From an uncultured delta proteobacterium (GTDB lineage: Bacteria; Myxococcota; Myxococcia; Myxococcales; Myxococcaceae): 64,000 nt of DNA. A program made the position numbers and the translations under genes. The DNA is taken from positions 128,001 through 192,000 of the forward strand of contig CAVQKE010000005.1 in assembly GCA_963713045.1 (NCBI GenBank). The letters are read 5' to 3'. The notes under the pieces were generated by a model. It saw nothing but the letters and a program-made list of their open reading frames with translations, did not search any database and was not told the origin of the DNA. Positions 37,085 to 47,209 of this stretch are shown in pieces (within the stretch, counting starts at the first letter, position 1; every line of letters begins with the position of its first letter).

Positions 37085-39244
37085 CTAGCCGAGGAGGCGC
37101 TGCAGGACGGCCTCGGGCATTTCCCTTGGAGGGACTTCGGCCACGTCCACCTCGCAGTGGTGGTTGCCTTGGCGCCGGAGGTCGACCTCCACCCGTCCAA
37201 AGACGCTTTGGGCCTGGGCCGCAGTGCACTCCGGCAGCACCGCGGCGAAGGTGCCTCCGCCGAGGTGGGCCAACACGTCCGGAGCGCGCAGGCGCTCGCG
37301 CATGCGGGCTGCGCAGCTGCGCAGCGCCTCGGTGCCGTGCTCGCCGGTGCGGGCCACGGCGAGGGCCAACGGCCGGCCGTAACGGCGGGCACGGGCCGCC
37401 TCCTGGGTGAGGCGGATGACGAGGCCCCGCCTGTCCAACAGCCCAGTGGCGGTGTCGGTGGGGCCGGCTGCCGCAGAGGGGACCGGGAGGGAGGCTCCGG
37501 AGGACTTGAGGGAGAGGGCTCGCTCGGTGCGCTCCAACAGCTCCGAGGAACGAAACGGCTTGGCCAGGTAGTCCACCGCCCCCAGGTTGAGGGCCCGCAC
37601 TCGGTCTGCAACGCCCACCTGCGCCGAGACGAGAATGACGGGAATGTCCGCGGTGTCCGAGGAAGCCTTGAGGGACAGCACCGCGTCGAGCCCGTCCATG
37701 TGCGGCAAGAAGACGTCCATCACCACCAAGTCCGGGTGCAGGGCACGGGCCTTGGCGACGCCCTCGGCGCCGTCGCGCGCGAGTTCCACCCGGTAGCGTT
37801 TGCGAAGAATGCCCTCCAGCACGGCGGCAATGTCCGGCTCGTCCTCCACCACCAGCACCCGCGGTTGCTCGCCGGGGGTGGGCAGCACGCCTGAGCGCTG
37901 TCGCGGCACGTCCTGGGAGGCGAGCGGCAGGGTGAAGACGAAGGCGCAGCCCCCCTCGGGCGGCCGCTCGGCCCAAATCTCCCCGCCGTGCAGCTCGACG
38001 AAGTCCTTACAAATGGCGAGGCCGAGTCCGGTGCCGCCCGGGCCGTGCCGGTAGCGGTCAAAGACGAGGTGCAGCTGGTCCTCACTGAGGCCCTTGCCGT
38101 CGTCCTGCACCACCACCTTGGCCACCGCCCCGTCGGGACGGGCCAGCATGCGCGCCTCCACCCTCACCACCGCCGCGGCGTGCGACAGCGCGTTGGAGAT
38201 GAGGTTTTGCAGCACTTCGCGCAGCTTGAGTTCGTCGCCCATGACGGGGAGCCGCTCGGGGGCCAGCACCTCCAAGGCCAACAAGCGTTCGCGGGCGAGA
38301 ATGTCCATCTCCGCGACGCAGTCGCTGGCCACTTGGCCCACGTCCACCAGCTGGACGTCCAAGGCGACACGGGAGTGCTCGCCCTTGCCCTTTTCCAAAA
38401 GCGACTCCACCAGCTTGAGGATTTTTCGGGCCTGGCGGACCACGGCGCTGGCCGACTCGTGGTGCTCGGCTTGCAGCTGAGCGTCCTCGAGGAGGCGGCC
38501 ATGGCCAATGACGACTTGCAGCGGGGAGCGCAAGTCGTGACTGGCGATGGCGATGAGTTCATCCTTGAAGCGCGCCATCTCGCGGAGCCGCCGGTTGGCT
38601 TCGGTGAGCTCGCGGTAGCGGTCCACGTACTTCAGCTCCAGGTCCTCCCGCTTCTTCTGCAGCGCAGCGTGCAGCCGGGCATTGCGCACCGAGTTGGCCA
38701 GCGCCGCCGCGACCGCCCGCGCAAATTCCTGCTCCTCACGCCCGAAAGCGCCGCTGCGCCGCGAGAGGCGCAGAAACAGCGCCCCCACCAAGTCGTCCTG
38801 GCTGATGAGGGGCTGGACCAGAATGCTTTTGACCCCCAGCGGCGCAATCAGCGGACGCACCTCGGCCATCAGCGGGTCGACGAGCGCGTCTTCGACGTAA
38901 GTGGCCTCGCGCGTGCGCAGCGACTGGCGCAGCTCCGGGTAGCGCGCCAAGTCAATGGCCAACGGCTGGAGGTCCGGCCGCTCAAAGGTGGCCATCACCG
39001 TGGCGGTGGCGTTGGCCTCGCCGGTGCCGTCCACCAGCACCACGCTGCAGCGGTCCATGGGCAGCACCCGGCCCACCTTGTCCACTGCAATTTTGAGAAT
39101 TTCTCCCAGCTCGAGCGAGCTGGTGGCGGCCTGAGTAATTTCGAGGAGCATCGCCATGCGCTCGGCAAGGCGCTCCCGGGCCCCCTTGCGAGCCTGCGCC
39201 GTTCCCTCCACCGCGGGACCGGTCGGCGAAGTCTCCCCTTTCAT
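37085..39244 (-). CDS. sgmT: Hybrid histidine kinase GAF-HisKA-HATPase-REC-degenerate GGDEF (SgmT-like)
   Basis: SHDLRSPL, NLISNA, DDGKG, GTGLGL; REC MDVFLP; RAPD I-site with GGGTF; synteny. Confidence 0.85.
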   Translation of the reverse strand: MKGETSPTGPAVEGTAQARKGARERLAERMAMLLEITQAATSSLELGEILKIAVDKVGRVLPMDRCSVVLVDGTGEANATATVMATFERPDLQPLAIDLARYPELRQSLRTREATYVEDALVDPLMAEVRPLIAPLGVKSILVQPLISQDDLVGALFLRLSRRSGAFGREEQEFARAVAAALANSVRNARLHAALQKKREDLELKYVDRYRELTEANRRLREMARFKDELIAIASHDLRSPLQVVIGHGRLLEDAQLQAEHHESASAVVRQARKILKLVESLLEKGKGEHSRVALDVQLVDVGQVASDCVAEMDILARERLLALEVLAPERLPVMGDELKLREVLQNLISNALSHAAAVVRVEARMLARPDGAVAKVVVQDDGKGLSEDQLHLVFDRYRHGPGGTGLGLAICKDFVELHGGEIWAERPPEGGCAFVFTLPLASQDVPRQRSGVLPTPGEQPRVLVVEDEPDIAAVLEGILRKRYRVELARDGAEGVAKARALHPDLVVMDVFLPHMDGLDAVLSLKASSDTADIPVILVSAQVGVADRVRALNLGAVDYLAKPFRSSELLERTERALSLKSSGASLPVPSAAAGPTDTATGLLDRRGLVIRLTQEAARARRYGRPLALAVARTGEHGTEALRSCAARMRERLRAPDVLAHLGGGTFAAVLPECTAAQAQSVFGRVEVDLRRQGNHHCEVDVAEVPPREMPEAVLQRLLG

Positions 39245-39372
39245 CCTCGTTTCATCTTTCCGCAATTTCTGCCGTGGTGCCAGCGACAGCCAACAGGCCT
39301 GAAGTCCCAAGCGGGTTCGTTGTGACCCTGAGCCCCACGCATATACTCCCGAATGCCCTGACGTTTCCGCGC

Positions 39373-41541
39373 ATGCCCCGCCAACTCGTCTTTCTCAGCG
39401 TTGGGCTGCTGCTTGGTGCCTCGGCGGGGGCGCAGACGCAGGACGACGACTTCAACACCTACCCCCCGTCAGCGGCCCAGACGCCGGCCCCCTCGGCACC
39501 CAGCCCCCCGGTGCCCGCGGCCACACCACCGCCAACGCCCAAGCCCAGTGGGCCCGCGCAGGGGGTGGTCCCGGCCACGCCGCCGGCCGTTGCCCCTCCG
39601 GTGGGCGTTTCCCCGCCGACGGGTCCCCTTGCCAAGGGTGGCGCACCGGCTACCGGGCTGGCCCCTGGGCAGACGCTGGTGCAGGTGCTTCCGGGGAGCC
39701 CCCCACCCGGCCCTTCCACCCTGGGCAATGCCTTCCTCGACGCGCACAACGCGCGGCTGTCGCAGGGGCTGTTTGGGGGCCTCGGCACCCTCAACGTCTC
39801 CAGCGCAGACCTGGGGCCAGCCGGCGTGCTGCGTTTTGCAGCGTACGGCCAGTACTACAACAACACCGACTGGCCGCGTGCGAGCGACGAGGCGACGCGC
39901 ACCGCGGGACTGTTCGCCATTGACATCGTCCCGTTGGAATGGCTCGAGCTGTACGCCAGCTACTCGGCCTCCAGCACCACCAACACCGGCAGTAACCCGC
40001 ACTTTATTTCCGCGGTGGGGGACGTCGGCCTGGGGATGAAATTCGCCTGGCACCTTGGTGGCGTCTTCGCCCTCGGTGTGGACTTGCGCGCCAGCCGCTT
40101 CCCCGGCGTCGGCAGCCAGGACATTGCCCAGGCCGGCTACACCCTCTCCCCCTACCTGGTCTTTGCCTGGACGCCGCCCATTCCCTTGCGCTTCGGCTTT
40201 CAGTTCGGCGCGCAGTGGCAGTGGAACAGCGTCGTCCTCTCGCAGCCCGGCGGCGGCGTGGAGGACGACATTGCCCTCAACCAAACCACGTACAACCAAC
40301 TGCTGGCAGGCGTCTCGCTCGAATTTCCAATTCCCATTGTGACGCCCTTCTTCGAATACACCACCGGCTACCCCTTCAACGTCCACAACGGCACCCTCAT
40401 CGGGCCCAACGGCCAAAGCGTCCCCATTCACGCCGCGCTGCCGCACCAGATGAATGCCGGCCTCAAGTTTTCCCTCATCGAAAACCTGACTCTCCTGGTC
40501 GCCGGCCAATTCGGGCTGCAAAGCACCGCCGCCTTGGGCGTGCCCGCCATTCCGCCGTGGAACCTCGTCTTCTCCGCCACCTACGCCGTGGACCTCTTCC
40601 CCAAGCCCCCCACGCGGGTGGTGACGCAAGCGGTGGCGGTGGAGGCGCCCGTGGCGCCGCCGCTGACCGGCACCGTGACCGGGGTGGTGGTGGACGCCGC
40701 CACCAAGGCCCCGTTGGGCGGGGTGGTGGTGAATGTGGAGGGAAGCCCCGTCGGGCCGGTGGCCTCGGACGCCGCTGCTGGGCAATTCCTCAGCCGGCCG
40801 CTTCCACCGGGGCCGGTGAAGCTGCAACTGAGCCGCGACGGCTACCAGGCGGGGCTGGTGACTGCAGTGGTGGAGGCTGGGAAGGACACGGCGGTCCAGG
40901 TCGCCCTCCTTCCAGAGGCGAAGCAGTCGCGCTTCCTCCTCAGCACCACTGCGCACCGGCGTCCGCTGGCGGCGACGGTGAAGTTCACCGGGGCGGAGAC
41001 GAAGGTGGTGGACACCAAGGCCGACGCCACTGGCCCCACGCCGGTGGCCGCCACACCCGGTACCTACCTGGCCGAGGTGACGGCGCCGGGCTATTTGGCG
41101 CAGCTGCGCGAGGTGGAGCTGAGTGCTGGGGCGGAGTTGCAGCTTGCCTTTGACTTGCAGCCCGAGCCCCGGAGACACCACGTGGTGCTGCGGGAAGACA
41201 GGCTGGAGTTGTTGGTGCAAGTGCACTTCGCCCCGGGCAAGGCCACCATTCTGGCGGACAGCTTCGCGCTGTTGGACGAGGTGGTGGACGCGGTGGTGCG
41301 CCTCGGCATCAAGCGGGTGCGGGTGGAGGGCTACACCGACTCCTCCGGCACCCGCGCCGGCAACCTCCGTCTTTCCCAGGCCCGTGCCGAGGCCGTCATG
41401 GAGTACCTCGCCCAAAAAGGAATTCCCCGAAGCCGGCTGGAGGCGAAGGGCTATGGAGACGCGCGGCCTTTGGCCCCCAACCTGACCGCCCGCGGGCGCG
41501 AGCTCAACCGTCGCGTGGAAATTGTGGTGTTGGAGAGGTAG
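39373..41541 (+). CDS. OmpA-family outer membrane protein with carboxypeptidase-regulatory-like domains
   Basis: Signal peptide, beta-barrel-like middle, VEGYTD..G....N.RLSQARA, NRRVE. Confidence 0.9.
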   Translation: MPRQLVFLSVGLLLGASAGAQTQDDDFNTYPPSAAQTPAPSAPSPPVPAATPPPTPKPSGPAQGVVPATPPAVAPPVGVSPPTGPLAKGGAPATGLAPGQTLVQVLPGSPPPGPSTLGNAFLDAHNARLSQGLFGGLGTLNVSSADLGPAGVLRFAAYGQYYNNTDWPRASDEATRTAGLFAIDIVPLEWLELYASYSASSTTNTGSNPHFISAVGDVGLGMKFAWHLGGVFALGVDLRASRFPGVGSQDIAQAGYTLSPYLVFAWTPPIPLRFGFQFGAQWQWNSVVLSQPGGGVEDDIALNQTTYNQLLAGVSLEFPIPIVTPFFEYTTGYPFNVHNGTLIGPNGQSVPIHAALPHQMNAGLKFSLIENLTLLVAGQFGLQSTAALGVPAIPPWNLVFSATYAVDLFPKPPTRVVTQAVAVEAPVAPPLTGTVTGVVVDAATKAPLGGVVVNVEGSPVGPVASDAAAGQFLSRPLPPGPVKLQLSRDGYQAGLVTAVVEAGKDTAVQVALLPEAKQSRFLLSTTAHRRPLAATVKFTGAETKVVDTKADATGPTPVAATPGTYLAEVTAPGYLAQLREVELSAGAELQLAFDLQPEPRRHHVVLREDRLELLVQVHFAPGKATILADSFALLDEVVDAVVRLGIKRVRVEGYTDSSGTRAGNLRLSQARAEAVMEYLAQKGIPRSRLEAKGYGDARPLAPNLTARGRELNRRVEIVVLER

Positions 41542-42298
41542 CGACGCCGTGGGCGACTGTGCGCGCGGCCAGCAGGGCTTCGCGGTTTCCAGCCGGCCCG
41601 AGGATGGGCGAGTCTGTCACCCCCAACACGACGAGGCCTAAGGCTTCGGCCGCCTGTTGCACCCGCGCCACGGCCGCCGCGCGCGCCGCCTCGTCGCGCA
41701 CCACGCCGCCCTTGGCCACCAGGGCTCTGCCCACTTCAAATTGGGGCTTCACCAATGCCACCAACAGGCCGCCCGGCCGTAAGAGGGGAACCAGCGCCGG
41801 AAGCACCAGGGTGAGGGAGATGAAGCTGACGTCCGCCACCACCACATCCACCACCTCCCCCAGCGCGTCGGAGGCCAGGTGACGGGCGTTTTGTCGCTCG
41901 TGCACCAGCACTCGGCCATCCGCGCGCAGCCGCGCGTGCAGCTGCCCGTAGCCGACGTCCAGCGCGTGGACGCGCGCGGCGCCGGCCTGGAGCAGGCAGT
42001 CGGTGAAGCCGCCGGTGCTCGCGCCAATGTCGGCGCAAACCGCCCCTTGGACGTCCAAGTGAAATGTCTTGAGCGCATGGTGCAGCTTCAGGCCTCCGCG
42101 CGAGACGTAGGGCAGCACCTCCCCCTTGAGGCGCAAGGGCGCGTCCACACTGACGCGCGTGCCCGGCTTGTCGATTCGCGTCTCCCCGACCACCACCTGT
42201 CCGCCAAGGACGAGGGCCTGCGCCCGCGCCCGCGTCGGCGCGAGGCCCGCCTGCACGAGAAGCACGTCCAGGCGCTCCTTTTTTTTCGCAGAATTCAT
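41504..42298 (-). CDS. tlyA: TlyA family rRNA methyltransferase
   Basis: S4 domain; YVSRGGLKL, DIGASTGGFTD, DVSFISL, LVKPQFE. Confidence 0.95.
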   Translation of the reverse strand: MNSAKKKERLDVLLVQAGLAPTRARAQALVLGGQVVVGETRIDKPGTRVSVDAPLRLKGEVLPYVSRGGLKLHHALKTFHLDVQGAVCADIGASTGGFTDCLLQAGAARVHALDVGYGQLHARLRADGRVLVHERQNARHLASDALGEVVDVVVADVSFISLTLVLPALVPLLRPGGLLVALVKPQFEVGRALVAKGGVVRDEAARAAAVARVQQAAEALGLVVLGVTDSPILGPAGNREALLAARTVAHGVATSPTPQFPRDG

Positions 42299-44037
42299 CG
42301 GGCCAACAGGGCGCGCACCGCTGCTGCAATGCCGTCCTTGTCCAGCCCCAAGCGTTGGCGTTGGGCCCGCGCGTCCCCATGGCGGACAAACGCATCCGGA
42401 AGCCCCAACAGCCGAAACCGCGGACAGCGTCCGGTGGCCGCGGCGCGTTCCAGCACTGCGGCTCCAAGGCCCCCGTGGGTCGTACCCTCCTCCACCGTCA
42501 CCACCACGCCCATGGCACAGGCTGCGTCCACGGCGGCCACATCCAACGGAGACAGTAGGCGAGCGTCCAGCACGGCCACGCCGTCGAGGCCGCGGGCAGC
42601 CTCCAGCGCCGACAGGGCCACCGGCCCCAAGGCCACCACGCAGGCCCGCGGGCGTTCCGGCAACAGTAACCAGCGGGCGGTCTCCACCGGCGCGACGGAA
42701 GGGGCCATGCCAGCCGGCGACTCAGGCAGGGTGCCGCGCGGAAAGCGCAGCGCGGCGGGCCCTGGGCCAGCGAGGGCAGTGGCCAACATCGGCTGGACGT
42801 CCTCCCCCAGCACGGGCGCGTACAAGCGCAGGCCGGGCAGCGGCCGCAGCAGCGCCAAGTCAAACGCGCCCTGGTGGGTGGCCCCGTCCGCACCGACCAG
42901 GCCGGCCCGGTCCACCGCCAGCGTGACGGGCAGGCCAGGCAGCACCACGTCATGCACCAGCTGGTCCATCGCGCGCTGGAGAAAGGTGCTGTAGAGGAAG
43001 CACACCGGCCGCGCCCCACGCGCGGCCAGGCCGGCGGCGAAGGCCACCGCGTGTTGTTCGGCGATGCCCACGTCATACACGCGGCTGGGGAAGCGCGCCC
43101 GCAGGCCCCCCAGGGCGGAGCCCTCCACCATGGCCGGCGTCAGCGCCACCACCCGAGCGTCGGCGTCCATGGCCTGGCCGAGGGCGTCTGCAAACGCCTC
43201 GCTGAAGGTGCGCTTCCCCCCGCGGCTGCGGACCAGCTTGCCGTCCCGTAATTCGTACGGGCCCATGGCGTGGCCGCGGGTTTGGGAGTCCGTCTCGGCC
43301 GGTAAGAATCCCCGGCCTTTCTCGGTGCGCACGTGCACCAGCACCGGTTTGCGGCTGCGGCGAGCCTCGGCCAGCGCGGGCAGCAGCGCTTCAAAGCGGT
43401 GCCCATCCAGCGGACCGAGGTAGCTGAAGCCGAGGGCCTCGAAAAAGGAGCGGGCGGCACTGGACTGAAGCATCCGCGCCACCGCGCCGACATTGCTGGA
43501 AATGGACATGCCATTGTCGTTGAGGACCACCACCAACGGCTGCCGCGAGGCCCCGGCGTTGTTGAGGCCTTCAAAGGTGAGGCCCCCGGTGAGGCCGCCG
43601 TCGCCCACCACCGCCACCGCGCGGGTCTGGGTAACGCCCTCGGCCGCCATGGCCTCGGCCATTCCGAGGGCGACGGACACCGCCGTGCAGGCGTGCCCGG
43701 CCCCAAACGCGTCGTGCACGCTTTCCCGTGGCTCCAGGAAGGGCGCAATGCCGCCCTCCTGCCGCAGCGTGTGCATGCGCTGGCGCCGGCCCGTCAACAG
43801 CTTGTGGGCATAGGCCTGGTGGCCAACGTCAAAGACGAGGGCGTCCTTGGGCGAGTGGAAAACGCGGTGCAGCGCGACCACCAACTCCACCGCCCCGAGA
43901 GAGGCCCCCAGATGGCCGCCCACCCGGCCGCAGACCGCCACAATTTCCTCGCGCAGCTGGGCGGCCAGGGCGGGCAGGGCCTCCTCGGGAAGCGCTCGCA
44001 GCGCCTCCGGGGAGTCCACCCAAGGCAACAGCGTCAA
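42295..44037 (-). CDS. dxs: 1-deoxy-D-xylulose-5-phosphate synthase
   Basis: GGHLGASLG, FDVGHQAY, GDGG..GG..EGLNN, DVGIAEQH, DGATHQG. Confidence 0.96.
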   Translation of the reverse strand: MTLLPWVDSPEALRALPEEALPALAAQLREEIVAVCGRVGGHLGASLGAVELVVALHRVFHSPKDALVFDVGHQAYAHKLLTGRRQRMHTLRQEGGIAPFLEPRESVHDAFGAGHACTAVSVALGMAEAMAAEGVTQTRAVAVVGDGGLTGGLTFEGLNNAGASRQPLVVVLNDNGMSISSNVGAVARMLQSSAARSFFEALGFSYLGPLDGHRFEALLPALAEARRSRKPVLVHVRTEKGRGFLPAETDSQTRGHAMGPYELRDGKLVRSRGGKRTFSEAFADALGQAMDADARVVALTPAMVEGSALGGLRARFPSRVYDVGIAEQHAVAFAAGLAARGARPVCFLYSTFLQRAMDQLVHDVVLPGLPVTLAVDRAGLVGADGATHQGAFDLALLRPLPGLRLYAPVLGEDVQPMLATALAGPGPAALRFPRGTLPESPAGMAPSVAPVETARWLLLPERPRACVVALGPVALSALEAARGLDGVAVLDARLLSPLDVAAVDAACAMGVVVTVEEGTTHGGLGAAVLERAAATGRCPRFRLLGLPDAFVRHGDARAQRQRLGLDKDGIAAAVRALLAR

Positions 44038-44921
44038 GCCTGGCGCTCCACGCTGTAGCGTGCCAGGGCGGCCAGCGGCCCGGGCTTCGGCTCGAGCGCC
44101 TGCACCGCCTGCACGGCGCGCTGGACCAGCGCGGCGGCCTTGTGGCGGGAGGCGTCCAGCCCCAGCACCGCTGGGTAGGTGCGCCGTCCCGCCTCGGCGT
44201 CCGCCCGAGACGGCTTCCCCAAGGCCTTGGCCGAAGCGGTGACGTCCAAGACGTCATCCGCAATTTGGAAGGCCAGCCCGACGGCTTCCCCATACACGCT
44301 GGCTGCCTCCAACTGGGCCGGGGAGCCCCCGGCGGAGGCCACCCCCAAGGTGCAGGCAGCCCGCAGCAGGGCGCCGGTTTTCAGGCTGTGGAGACGGCTT
44401 AAGTAGGCTTCCTCGGCGGGCCTGTCCTCGGCCACGTCCAACACCTGGCCGCCCACCATGCCCGCGGCACCGGCTGCGCGGGCCAGCTGTTGCACCAGGG
44501 TAGCGCGGACTGCCTCCGGCCCGGCGGCGAGGAGGGCGAAGGCCTCGGTGAGGAGGGCGTCCCCGGCCAAAATGGCCAAGGCTTCGCCAAACACCACGTG
44601 GCTGGTGGGCTTGCCGCGGCGCAACGCATCGTCATCCATCGCCGGCAAGTCGTCATGGATGAGAGAGTAGGTGTGCACGTATTCCACGGCGCAGGCCGCG
44701 TCCTCGGCAGCGGGCGGTGCGCCGGCGCGGGTGACCGCCTCGGCAAACGCAAGGCACATCACGGGACGCAGGCGCTTGCCGCCACCCAATAGCGAATAGG
44801 CCATGGCGTCGCGCAACAGCACGGGCGCGTCGGCCAGGCGCTCCAGGCTTTTGCCCAACAGCAACTCCACCCGGGCGCCTTGGCTGTGGAGGTACGCCTC
44901 GAGCGAAAAGGGGACGTCCAT
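44034..44921 (-). CDS. ispA: Geranyltranstransferase / FPP synthase
   Basis: GGKRLRP, HDDLPAMDDD..RRG, KTG, FQIADD. Confidence 0.94.
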   Translation of the reverse strand: MDVPFSLEAYLHSQGARVELLLGKSLERLADAPVLLRDAMAYSLLGGGKRLRPVMCLAFAEAVTRAGAPPAAEDAACAVEYVHTYSLIHDDLPAMDDDALRRGKPTSHVVFGEALAILAGDALLTEAFALLAAGPEAVRATLVQQLARAAGAAGMVGGQVLDVAEDRPAEEAYLSRLHSLKTGALLRAACTLGVASAGGSPAQLEAASVYGEAVGLAFQIADDVLDVTASAKALGKPSRADAEAGRRTYPAVLGLDASRHKAAALVQRAVQAVQALEPKPGPLAALARYSVERQA

Positions 44922-44941
44922 GCCGGAGGGCGCAGCGTGCC

Positions 44942-45232
44942 CTAAAAGGGAATGTCCTCGTCTTCCCCGGCCGGCGAAGTGAGGCGCCCGGCTGCGGCCT
45001 TCGTCTCGAGCGGCACCGCCCTCTCCTGCCCTTGGTGCTCCAGCAATTCCTGCACCCGGCGGTCCGCTTGGGCCAACAACTCCTCTCCCTTTTGGACGAG
45101 GCGAATGCCCTTCTCAAACTCGGCCAGCGTGTCCTCGAGGCTGAGTTGCCCCGTCTCCAGCTTCTTCACCACGTCCTCGAGGCGCTCCACCACCTCGCTG
45201 TAGGGCTGTGCCTTCTCGGTGCTGGTTGCCAC
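44942..45232 (-). CDS. xseB: Exodeoxyribonuclease VII small subunit
   Basis: RLE.VV..LE.G.LSLED....FEKG. Confidence 0.93.
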   Translation of the reverse strand: MATSTEKAQPYSEVVERLEDVVKKLETGQLSLEDTLAEFEKGIRLVQKGEELLAQADRRVQELLEHQGQERAVPLETKAAAGRLTSPAGEDEDIPF

Positions 45233-45325
45233 GGCAAACCTCCCCGGCAGCTGCCCTTCCGGTGCGGACTGCCAGCGTCCCTCCTACCGGAGGGCGGCTG
45301 CCGCGCGCAAACCCCAATTCCGCCG

Positions 45326-47167
45326 CTAGCCCTGCGGGGTGCCAGGCGCCCGGACGCCGGTGACGGTGGCGTCCACTTCGCCACATTCGGCCAGAGAGCG
45401 GCTGCCGGGCGGTGCCCAACGCAGCCGCAGCGCCATGCCCACCTGGGCCTCCTCGGCCCGGGCCAGCAGCGACCCGGTGTCCGCGCGGTAAGCGACGGCG
45501 TAGCCGCGGGCCATGACTTTGAGGGGGCTGAGGGCGTCCAGTTTGGCCGAGGCGCCGTACAGGCGCTGGCGCTCGGCGTTGACCCGGGCCACGCCGGATG
45601 CCTGCAGCTGCCCGCGCAGCGCCGCCAGCCTTCGGTGCGAATCCGCCAGAAGCCCCGCCGGGGCGCGACGCTCCAGCGCTCGCCGGCTGCGCACCAGCAC
45701 CTCTCGCTCGCGCACCAGGCGCCGCTGCACTGCCTGCACCAGCCGGGCCCGCAGCGCGTGCACCGCCTCACGCCGTTGGGCCAACAGCGCCTCCGGACGG
45801 AAGCGGTCCAACCGCTCGCGCAGCCGGCGAATGCCCTCGCCGTGGGCGCGCACCGCCCGCCGGGTACTGGCCTCCAGCCTGTCCTCCAACGTCACCAATT
45901 CCTGGCGCAAGTCCGCCACCGCGTGACGGGGGCTTTCCAGCTGTCGGCGCAATTCCGCCAGCGCGTGGCGGCGCTGCGCCAGGGCCGCCGCCACGGCGCG
46001 CCCTAGCCGCAGGCGGCCTTGGGCGAGTTCCGCCTCCAACTCCGCCAGCACCGGCACCACCAACTCCGCAGCGGCGCTGGGGGTGGGCGCGCGGACGTCC
46101 GCGACGAAGTCCGCAATGGTGACGTCCGTCTCATGGCCCACCGCGGACACCACCGGCACCGGGAAGGCGGCAATGGCGCGCGCCACCACTTCCTCGTTGA
46201 ATGTCCACAGGTCCTCGGCCGAGCCCCCGCCGCGGGCCACCACCACCACCTGCACGTCGGTGCGCGCCAGGCGCGCCAGCGCGCGCACCACTTCCTCCGC
46301 GGCCCCCGGCCCCTGCACCCGGGCATGGGCCAGCAGAATCGACGCCCGCGGGTGGCGGCGCAGCACAATGCGTAAAAAGTCCTGCAGCACCGCGCCGGTG
46401 CGGCTGGTGACAATGCCAATGCGGGAGGGCAGAAGCGGGAGTGGGCGCACCGGGCGCAGGCGCCCTTCGCCCATCAGGCCCTCGGCGGCGAGCCGTTCCT
46501 TCAGCTGGGCGAAGGCCAGCGCCATTGCGCCAGCGCCGGCCGGCTCAATCCGCTGGACAATCAGGCTATAGCGGCCAGCGCGCGCGTAGACGTCCAAGTA
46601 GCCCTCGGCCAGGACTTCCAGGCCTTCTTCCAGACGGAAGCGCACGGAGCGGGCTGCGGAGGCCCAGATTTTGACGTCCAGCGTCGCGCCCGCGTCCTTC
46701 AGGCAGAAGTAGAGGTGGCCGGTGGCGTTGGGGCCGCGGAAGCCGGAGACCTCGCCGCGCACCAGCACTCGGCGGAAGCTGGGCTCCAGGGTCCCCTTCA
46801 CAAGTTCCGTCAACTCACTCACCGTCAACACCACCGGCTCAAGCGGCCGGGCCCGGGTCGGCTCCACGTCCACCCGCTCAACGCCCTCGGCAGCTGGCCG
46901 CAACGCGCGCGGCACGGAGAGGGGCCGGCTTTCGAGGGCCACCGCGGGACGAGGCCGAGGGGACACCTCCACCACCGGGGCGGCCACCACCGTCGGCTGC
47001 GGCGGCGCGGCCTCGGGCGTGGGGGAAGGCGGGCGCACCACGTTCGGCACCGCGGCCTCGGCAGGGCGCGGAGGGCCCGGGGCGGCCTCGGCTTGGGCGA
47101 AGAGGTCTCCCTGTTCCACGCGTTGCAGTGCGCTGGCGCTGCCGGGACGTCCCTTTCTGGTGGCCAC
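45326..47167 (-). CDS. xseA: Exodeoxyribonuclease VII large subunit (Pro-rich N-terminal extension)
   Basis: LTVSEL, GEVSG, GHLYF.LKD, ARGGGS.EDLW.FNEE, GHETD, PTPSAAAE. Confidence 0.95.
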   Translation of the reverse strand: MATRKGRPGSASALQRVEQGDLFAQAEAAPGPPRPAEAAVPNVVRPPSPTPEAAPPQPTVVAAPVVEVSPRPRPAVALESRPLSVPRALRPAAEGVERVDVEPTRARPLEPVVLTVSELTELVKGTLEPSFRRVLVRGEVSGFRGPNATGHLYFCLKDAGATLDVKIWASAARSVRFRLEEGLEVLAEGYLDVYARAGRYSLIVQRIEPAGAGAMALAFAQLKERLAAEGLMGEGRLRPVRPLPLLPSRIGIVTSRTGAVLQDFLRIVLRRHPRASILLAHARVQGPGAAEEVVRALARLARTDVQVVVVARGGGSAEDLWTFNEEVVARAIAAFPVPVVSAVGHETDVTIADFVADVRAPTPSAAAELVVPVLAELEAELAQGRLRLGRAVAAALAQRRHALAELRRQLESPRHAVADLRQELVTLEDRLEASTRRAVRAHGEGIRRLRERLDRFRPEALLAQRREAVHALRARLVQAVQRRLVREREVLVRSRRALERRAPAGLLADSHRRLAALRGQLQASGVARVNAERQRLYGASAKLDALSPLKVMARGYAVAYRADTGSLLARAEEAQVGMALRLRWAPPGSRSLAECGEVDATVTGVRAPGTPQG

Positions 47168-47209
47168 GGGTGCACCGTACCCAGGGGCCCCGACGCCGTG
47201 CCAGGGGGG

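Noticed and set aside
35095..37611. 838-aa TPR ORF as given in the ORF track
   Set aside because: The 5' extension overlaps sgmT in another frame and is low-complexity; the start at 36945 gives a signal-like N-terminus
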